A DNA stretch of 64,000 bases from Eledone cirrhosa (lineage: Eukaryota), in NCBI GenBank assembly GCA_964016885.1, contig CAXHJY010001545.1, forward strand, positions 1 to 64,000, given 5' to 3'. Every line of letters begins with the position of its first letter. The stretch's first letter is position 1. Shown in pieces: positions 54,849 to 64,000 of this stretch. The notes beneath the pieces are model-generated. The model was not told the origin of the DNA, searched no databases, and was given only the letters and a program-made list of their open reading frames with translations. The position numbers and the translations under genes are program-made.

Positions 54849-54852
<4 letters not shown>
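53260..54852 (+). mobile_element. RTE subfamily-B 3' part (RT motif B' onward, PHD finger, C-terminus, long 3' UTR, (GAT)n tail)
   Basis: RINNEYSEEFSVKVGVHQGSVLSP...YTDD..., with many synonymous differences from subfamily A. One in-frame TAG at 53935; the same frame continues to 54360. Confidence 0.93.
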
Positions 54853-54910
<58 letters not shown>

Positions 54911-55004
54911 ATATATCTATATATATCTATATATATATTTTTATATATATATATAGATATATATATATATCTCTATATATATATATATATATCTATATAT
55001 ATAT

Positions 55005-55149
55005 CTTAAATGTAAGTATGTGTGTATACGTACATACATATATGTATACAGACGTACGGTAGCATGTTTACAAACGAACAAAGCGGCGTTATAATAAGCG
55101 TCTGCTAAACTGATACGTGCATATATGTATGTGTACCTGTATGTGTATA

Positions 55150-55193
<44 letters not shown>

Positions 55194-55300
55194 TGCTACT
55201 GTACATCTGTATACATATATGTATGTACGTATACACACATACTTACATTTAAGTAAGTGCCGTACAAGAGTGAGAAATGAAATTTCGTTTTCATTTTCAA
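55005..55300. repeat. 62-bp inverted repeat around a microsatellite-containing spacer, plus a downstream AT-rich hairpin-like end
   Basis: 55005-55066 versus 55192-55253 differ at 2 positions. Then tacaagagtgag aaatgaaatttcgttttcatttt. Confidence 0.75.
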
Positions 55301-55306
55301 CTTATA

Positions 55307-55344
<38 letters not shown>

Positions 55345-55875
55345 TAGATAGATATAGAGAGAGAGAGATATATAGATATATAGATATATATATATATAGA
55401 TATATAGATATATATATATATAGATATATATATAGATATATATATAGATATATATATATAGATATATATATATAGATATATATATAGATATATATATATA
55501 TATATATATATAGATATATATATATATAGATATATATAGATATATATATATATAGATAGATATATATATAGATATATATATAGATATATATATATATATA
55601 TAGATATATATATATATAGATATATATATATATATATAGATATATATATATATAGATATATATATAGATATATATATATATATATATATATATGGATATA
55701 TATATATATATATATATATAGATATATATATATATATATAGATATATATATATATATATAGATATATATATATATATATAGATATATATATATATATATA
55801 GATATATATATATATATATAGATATATATATATATATATAGATATATATATATATATATAGATATATATATATAT

Positions 55876-55954
<79 letters not shown>

Positions 55955-55969
55955 TATATATATATATAG

Positions 55970-56068
<99 letters not shown>

Positions 56069-56119
56069 TATATATATACAATATTAAATAAATGGAAACT
56101 ATATTTATAAAACCATATT

Positions 56120-56185
56120 TATTTCACTATATATATTTCAGGGATATCATATTAACAATATGCTATGCCTTCCTCAGACAAAATA
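56120..56185 (-). ncRNA. Hammerhead ribozyme motif in the PLE 3' end (left arm)
   Basis: Reverse complement of 60243..60308. Confidence 0.7.
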
Positions 56186-56524
56186 CAATATAAACAGTTT
56201 TATAGATAAATAGATTTGACATACCGTAACAACATCGACTTGTATTTGAAAAAGTTGAATTGGCAGTGAAAAAATTGTACACAGAGAGAAAGAGAGAAAA
56301 AAAAAAAAAAAAAGAGAGAAAAAAGGAAAGAAAGACAGAAAACGAAGAAAAAGAAGAAATGCATGGAACAAAATAGAGAGATGGAAAGATAGATAAAGAG
56401 AAGAACTTCATGTAAAGAAACAGAGATATATATATAGAGAGAGAGAGAGGAAATAGAGATAGATATATATATATAGAAAACTAGGTAGTGGGACGTCCGT
56501 TGAGTAAACGTATCAATGATACAT

Positions 56525-56555
<31 letters not shown>

Positions 56556-57484
56556 GCTCTAGTATTAATGTAAGGGAGATATATGGAGAGAAACCAGCTG
56601 TTATATAGAGAGAAAAATTTAAAAATAACCAGACATAGGCGAGGCGTAAAAACCCTATGTTTTAATGTAGAGGTATTAGTATGTATAAAAACCAGCCACT
56701 ATATTGTAAATATCAGTATTCCTGAATGAGACATGTATCCATAATGTGTGAAAAGTAATGATCTTATGTTTAGTTTTTTAAAAAAATTCATGTTTATGTG
56801 ATAACTACAAACATCTATGTGAATTTACATGATCAACTCTGCAAACCCTAAGTTCACGGAAAACATTCTCATTGTGGTATAAAAATTTAAGTATACATAT
56901 ATGTGTATATATATACACACAAATATATATAGAGTCAATATTACTACTATTCCTGTCTTTACTCTACAAGATTATCTATCAAGCAGAAATAGAGAGCAGA
57001 TTTCAATATACTAATAAAAATATATATCAGAAACAAAACTAAAAAATAACAATAATAATAATAAGTAATAATAAAATAGAAAACTAAAAAATATTACGAA
57101 AGAATATTACATATTAAAAATATTAAAAATAAAAATATTAGAAAATACTACAATAATAAAAATAAAAATAAACCACAAAGATCAACCCTTCAAAATTAAT
57201 TGACAATATATTGCCAAGTTCATTATAAGCATCAGAGTCGAAAAACAGATAAAGCCAAAAAGTTTAGGATGCCCATTTGGTCTACATGTGTTCTTATATT
57301 TAATATAGAAGTTTATCTAGTGTAACGTTTATTCGAAATATTTGGAGCATCAACTTTTAGGGTAGCTTAATTTTTCATGAAGAATGTTTAAATAAAAATA
57401 AAAATAAAAATAAAAAGAATAAAAAGAAGAAATCAAAGATTCATCGGCTAGTTTCCCATATAATTATAAATCAAACTAAATATA

Positions 57485-58700
57485 CTACATTTTAAATTTA
57501 AATTTATATTTAAACGTTGAGTTTAATCTATGTTTGCAGCAACTGAATAAATTTGTCTGTAGATTAAGGGAATTTTTAGATTTTAGTATAAAGAATATCT
57601 CCTCTGCGCAGAGGTCACATGTCTCAGAGGATGAATTAAAAGGAATCTCTCTTGAGACTATATTCCAAGCCGTCGAATATCTAACGTTATCTAGCTTAAG
57701 TTGCCAGAGTACGCCTGATAGTGCCGTTGAAGATTTTTTGCTTGGATCTGTGAAAGAATTCTTGTGGTTATTATAGCGAAGTTTAAATTCCGTCGATGTG
57801 GAACCGACGTAGTTAAAAGAATTAGAGTCAGTATTAACATTACAATTGTATACTATATTTTTAACTAAGCAGTTGTTATTTAACGGACATTTAGATCTAT
57901 GTCTACAGTTACATTTGTTAACTTGTATATTATTTATGCTATTATCACTAGGTTTTAAGTTCCTATTATTTATTCTATTAATATTTTGTGCTAAATTTTT
58001 GGTGGATGAGTAGGTTAATTTTATTGTATGTCTATTGAAAATTGAGTGATACCTATGTGTTCTAGGGAAGCGATTATCAAGAGCTTTAAAAAATAGTTTA
58101 GCGATGTGGGTTTTAATGTTTAGTGAGAAAGGGGGGGGGGGGGGGGCAAACCAAATTATGTTCCTAGTTCTATTTCTTTTTTGGCCTTTGGAATTATTGT
58201 AATGCTTTCTATTATAGTTGTTAAGGTTGTTGCCGTAATTAAAATAGTTGTTATTTTGTTTAGTTTGTCTATCATTATCTATGTACACAATCTTATCAGC
58301 ATATCCTGCTCTAGCTAATGCTTCATTGTAGTATTGGGCTTTTTCGTCGAAAATCTTTCTATTCGACGAGATCCTAGAGATACGTTTTTGAACAGAGTTT
58401 ACTATAGTGTTTTTGACAGATCTGGGGTGGTTAGAGTTAAAGTTGACATAGTTTAAGTTTTCATTCAACTTGTGAAAAGGATAGTGAAGACATGTGTTGA
58501 GATTTAATGTTATATCTAGGAAATTGACTATTCTATGGTTGTTCTCAATTTCTATTTTAAGATTAAAGTAATTAAAAAATTGTGTAATTTGTTTACATTT
58601 TCTATTTAGTTCAGAGTTATTATTATCAATAAGTAAAAGCATGTCATCTCTATATAAACCTCCGGTAGTACCAGGTATTTTCCTATGTAGCGAATTGATT
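57485..58700 (-). pseudogene. PLE RT C-terminus + GIY-YIG endonuclease
   Basis: The frame extends upstream of the annotated Met to GGLYRDDM. Then VNFLDITL, SNHP, IIWFAPP, CNC...CPL...C...IVY...YVGST...FKLRYNNH...SF...TALS...W...CDLC.EE...LN...CKH. Confidence 0.92.
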
Positions 58701-60242
58701 AAAAAAAAAGATATTCGACGGCTTGGAATATAGTCTCAAGAGGGATTCCTTTTAATTCATCCTCTGAGACATGTGACCTCTGCGCAGAGGAGATATTCTT
58801 TATACTAAAATCTAAAAATTCCCTTAATCTACGGACAAATTTATTCAGTTGCTGCAAACATAGATTAAACTCAACGTTTAAATATAAATTTAAATTTAAA
58901 ATGTAGTATATTTAGTTTGATTTATAATTATATGGGAAACTAGCCGATAAATCTTTGATTTCTTCTTTTTATTCTTTTTATTTTTATTTTTATTTAAACA
59001 TTCTTCATGAAAAATTAAGCTACCCTAAAAGTTGATGCTCCAAATATTTCGAATAAACGTTACACTAGATAAACTTCTATATTAAATATAGGAACACATG
59101 TAGACCAAATGGGCATCCTAAACTTTTGAAATGATCTTTGCTAGATGCGATTTGATAGATAATTTTTTGGCTTTATCTGTTTTTCGACTCTGATGCTTAT
59201 AATGAACTTGGCAATATATTGTCAATTAATTTTGAAGGGTTGATCTTTGTGGTTTATTTTTATTTTTATTATTGTAGTATTTTCTAATATTTTTATTTTT
59301 AATATTTTTAATATGTAATATTTTTAATATGTAATATTCTTTCGTAATATTTTTTAGTTTTCTATTTTATTATTACTTATTATTATTATTGTTATTTTTT
59401 TAGTTTTGTTTCTGATATATATTTTTATTAGTATATTGAAATCTGCTCTCTATTTCTGCTTGATAGATAATCTTGTAGAGTAAAGACAGGAATAGTAGTA
59501 ATATTGACTCTATATATATTTGTGTGTATATATATACACATATATGTATACTTAAATTTTTATACCACAATGAGAATGTTTTCCGTGAACTTAGGGTTTG
59601 CAGAGTTGATCATGTAAATTCACATAGATGTTTGTAGTTATCACATAAACATATGAATTTTTTAAAAAAACTAAACATAAGATCATTACTTTTCACACAT
59701 TATGGATACATGTCTCATTCAGGAATACTGATATTTACAATATAGTGGCTGGTTTTTATACATACTAATACCTCTACATTAAAACATAGGGTTTTTACGC
59801 CTCGCCTATGTCTGGTTATTTTTAAATTTTTCTCTCTATATAACAGCTGGTTCCTCTCCATATATCTCCCTTACATTAATACTAGAGCTAAATAAATAAA
59901 TGTATCATTGATACGTTTACTCAACGGACGTCCCACTACCTAGTTTTCTATATATATATATCTATCTCTATTTCCTCTCTCTCTATATATATATATCTCT
60001 CTCTGTTTCTTTACATGAAGTTCTTCTCTTTATCTATCTTTCCATCTCTCTATTTTGTTCCATGCATTTCTTTTTCTTCTTTTTTTTCGTTTTCTGTCTT
60101 TCTTTCCTTTTTTCTCTCTTTTTTTTTCTCTCTTTCTTTCTCTCTGTGTACAATTTTTTCACTGCCAATTCAACTTTTTCAAATACAAGTCGATGTTGTT
60201 ACGGTATGTCAAATCTATTTATCTATAAAACTGTTTATATTG

Positions 60243-60308
60243 TATTTTGTCTGAGGAAGGCATAGCATATTGTTAATATGATATCCCTGAAATATATATA
60301 GTGAAATA
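60243..60308 (+). ncRNA. Hammerhead ribozyme motif in the PLE 3' end (right arm)
   Basis: tattttgt CTGAGGA agg-c-ata-g-catatt-gtt-aatatg-a-tat-c-cct GAAA tatata TA gtgaaata. Stem I relies on G-U pairs. Confidence 0.7.
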
Positions 60309-60438
60309 AATATGGTTTTATAAATATAGTTTCCATTTATTTAATATTGTAAATATACTCCAAATACTTGTCGAGTGCTTTTATATCAGTTATAAATATT
60401 TACTAGTTGTAACCCAACAATTTAAATATAACTTTCCA

Positions 60439-60510
<72 letters not shown>

Positions 60511-60559
60511 TATATATATATATATATATAGATATAGATATATATATATATATATATAT

Positions 60560-60594
<35 letters not shown>

Positions 60595-60977
60595 TAGATA
60601 TATATATAGATATATATATATATATATAGAGATATATAGAGAGATATATATATAGAGATATATAGAGAGATATATATATAGAGATATATATATAGATATA
60701 TATATATAGATATATATATAGAGATATATATATATATAGATATATATATATAGATATATATATATAGATATATATATATATATAGATATATATATAGAGA
60801 TATATATATATATATAGATATATATATAGAGATATATATATATATATAAATATATATATATAGATATATATATATATATATATATAGATATAGATATATA
60901 TATATATATATATATAGATATATATATATATAGATATATATATATAGATATATATAGATATAGATATAGATAGATAT

Positions 60978-61012
<35 letters not shown>

Positions 61013-61049
61013 TATATAGATATATATATATATAGATATATATATATAT

Positions 61050-61084
<35 letters not shown>

Positions 61085-61202
61085 TATAGATATATATATA
61101 TATAGATATATATAGATATATATATATATAGATATATATATATATAGATATATATATATAGATATATATATATATATAGATATATATATATATATATATA
61201 TG

Positions 61203-61235
<33 letters not shown>

Positions 61236-61290
61236 TAAACAAATAATGAATAAACAATGAAACAGTTCCTTATATTAAACAAAAAAAGTT

Positions 61291-61440
61291 CATTATTTAA
61301 CGATCGTTTCTAGGATATATATGTGTTAGAATTGGCATGCATATTCAACAGATCTATGTACAAAATTATACAAAATTATACAAACTATCAAGATTAAATA
61401 TACATACCAACACATATATACGCCGTCTTCAGAAATAATG
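61291..61440 (-). ncRNA. Hammerhead motif with a greatly extended stem II
   Basis: Minus strand reads CATTATTT CTGAAGA [~115 nt, including tatatgtgtt/aacacatata and ggtatgtatatttaa/ttgaatatgcatgcc pairings] GAAA CGATCG TT AAATAATG. Stem I is a perfect 8 bp; the base of stem II is mismatched. Confidence 0.7.
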
Positions 61441-61729
61441 AAATATATTTATTGATAATAACAACAATTCAAAATTTCAGGTCCGTTTGGGAACAAAATT
61501 GACCAATGAAAATACAAAAGGTTTAATGCAGTTCGGTGTGTGTATATACATGTAACTACCCTTACACATATTTTACAAAAATGTATGCACAACTTGTATA
61601 CGCATACCAAAAGGATGGATGCAAATACAAAATTTCAAGGTTAATGTCTCTGTAAGTTTATAATGCACAGATAAGATGCGTATAGACACATAAATATGAA
61701 ATAAGTGTATATACATATTCTCATACTCA

Positions 61730-62065
61730 CACATATCCGTACAATCACACACACACGCGCGTATATGCATAAACATACACATAACTACGAACATACAAAC
61801 ACACACACACACCCCCACTCACATATATATATGTGGATATAAAATCCTAAGCACATGGATATTAATTCACTCACATAAACACTGGCACACACATTTAGAT
61901 CAAGATACAGAAATTAGGTGGGAGGGGGGGAGAGGTCAGTATTCAACGGTTTGGGCAGACTGTTTAATATAGATGTATCTATAAACTAAGAAAATAAAAA
62001 ATAATAAATAATAAATAAACATTAAAAAGGAAAGAAAAGAAAAAGAAAAAAGAAATATATCAAGA

Positions 62066-62108
<43 letters not shown>

Positions 62109-62248
62109 CACATATATACACATATACATACACATATACAAACACATACATACATATACACACATCCACACTTAGAACATACATACACACACATATATAA
62201 ACATATATATATACACACATACATACATATACACACATACATATAAAT

Positions 62249-62296
<48 letters not shown>

Positions 62297-62788
62297 ATAC
62301 ACATAAATCACACATACTATATAGACACACATATATATACACACATACACGCACATATACATACACTTACATACTTATATACATACAGATATACACATAC
62401 ATACCTATATATACACACAAATACATACAGACATACATACATACAGACAAATACTTACGCATCTATATATCGGTATATACATACAAACACCACTACACTC
62501 TCACACAACTCAGACATACAAAGAAAAAGGTATATACCTATACACATATACATATACAAATAGAGAAACATATACACATATATATATATATATATATACA
62601 TATATATACATACACATATACACACATACACATACATACACATACATACATGTACACACACATAGATATATATACACATACACACATACATATATAGTCA
62701 TACACACACATACAACTACACGAACATACACATACACATATATAAAGATATATATACACACACACACACACATATATATAAAAAATAA

Positions 62789-62859
<71 letters not shown>

Positions 62860-63430
62860 CATATACATACACACATAGATAGATATATATGTACATACAT
62901 ACACATACATAGATACATACACACACATACATACATATATATATATACACACATAGACATATACATACATACAACATACATACACACATATATACTCATA
63001 CATAGAATTAGATATATATTCATACATACATACGCACTTACATATACTCATATATACAAATACATACGCATTCATATATGCGTATATACATAGAAACACC
63101 ACTACACCCTCACCCAACTCAGACAAAGAAAAAGGCATATACATATACATATATACACGCATTAATAGAGATATATATACACATATATATATATATATAT
63201 ATATACACATACACTTATATATATATACCCACACACACATACAACCATAAATACACATACAAACACCCACATATACATATATATACACATATATATATAT
63301 ACACACACATAAAAAACAGACATGCACATATATATTTTTTTTACACATATATATACACATATATATACACATACACACCCTCACATATACACAACATACA
63401 CATAAGTTATATTATAATAATTAATAAATA

Positions 63431-63499
<69 letters not shown>

Positions 63500-63744
63500 C
63501 GAATATAGACACATATACACACATAGATATATATATATATACACATACATATACACACACACATATACACACTCACATATATATGTGTGTGCACACACAC
63601 ATATATACACATACACACATATACACATAAACACATATATGTGTATACATGCACACACACACATATATCCACATAGATACGAAGATAGACATATAAATAG
63701 AGAGACATACATATATATACACACACACATATACATACATACAT

Positions 63745-63787
<43 letters not shown>

Positions 63788-64000
63788 TATATACACATAC
63801 ACACACACATATATATACACATGCATATATACACATATACACATACATATACACATATATATACACACACAATCTTACATTCTTATTTGCATGCGCATAT
63901 ATGTATTTTTATATTCAGATATAAATACCCAAACATATATACACGTACCTACATATATATTCATACATACACGCTTACAAACACAGATGATAATAGTATG
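61730..64000. repeat. Compound (CA)n/(TA)n/(CATA)n low-complexity region with a ~600-bp-spaced internal duplication
   Basis: aaacaccactacac...aactcagaca...aagaaaaagg occurs at ~62485 and ~63093. Confidence 0.85.

Larger units (their letters stand above)
56077..60443 (-). mobile_element. Penelope-like element (probably Naiad-type), 5'-truncated, with an inverted copy of its 3' end
   Basis: Arms 56077-57682 and 58709-60351 are near-identical reverse complements. The unique centre encodes the RT C-terminus and the start of the endonuclease. The right arm extends ~90 bp further. (TA/GA)n arrays lie on both sides. Confidence 0.93.

Noticed and set aside
57485-58700. Selenocysteine (in-frame TGA) recoding, known for some Naiad-type PLEs
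   Set aside because: The frame is open with ordinary Cys codons and has no in-frame TGA in the preserved part.

Overview
AT-rich animal genomic DNA, most likely a coleoid cephalopod (octopus-like). This is inferred from the SINE/RTE repertoire and the very long (TA)n arrays, not from a database match. The window is mostly intron of a minus-strand FEZ/UNC-76 (fasciculation and elongation protein zeta) gene. Two coding exons are recognisable (39605..39713 and 16746..16898; phase-compatible, GT-AG, 22.7 kb intron). The rest is a dense retroelement landscape. It includes young RTE-clade LINEs whose reverse transcriptase carries an internal C4HC3 PHD-type finger, two of them forming a ~1.86 kb inverted pair. 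There is a tripartite RTE/Tx1/RTE chimera with both junctions in frame (50366..54852), and two different Penelope-like elements (PLEs; RT + GIY-YIG), one inside a ~1.6 kb-arm fold-back. About ten hammerhead-ribozyme motifs are present, along with CORE-type and Deu/Nin-type tRNA SINEs, TTAA-flanked MITEs, a hAT remnant and five minisatellites. Most short ORFs in the ORF track are microsatellite or antisense artefacts. All coordinates were read by eye, and repeat boundaries are approximate.
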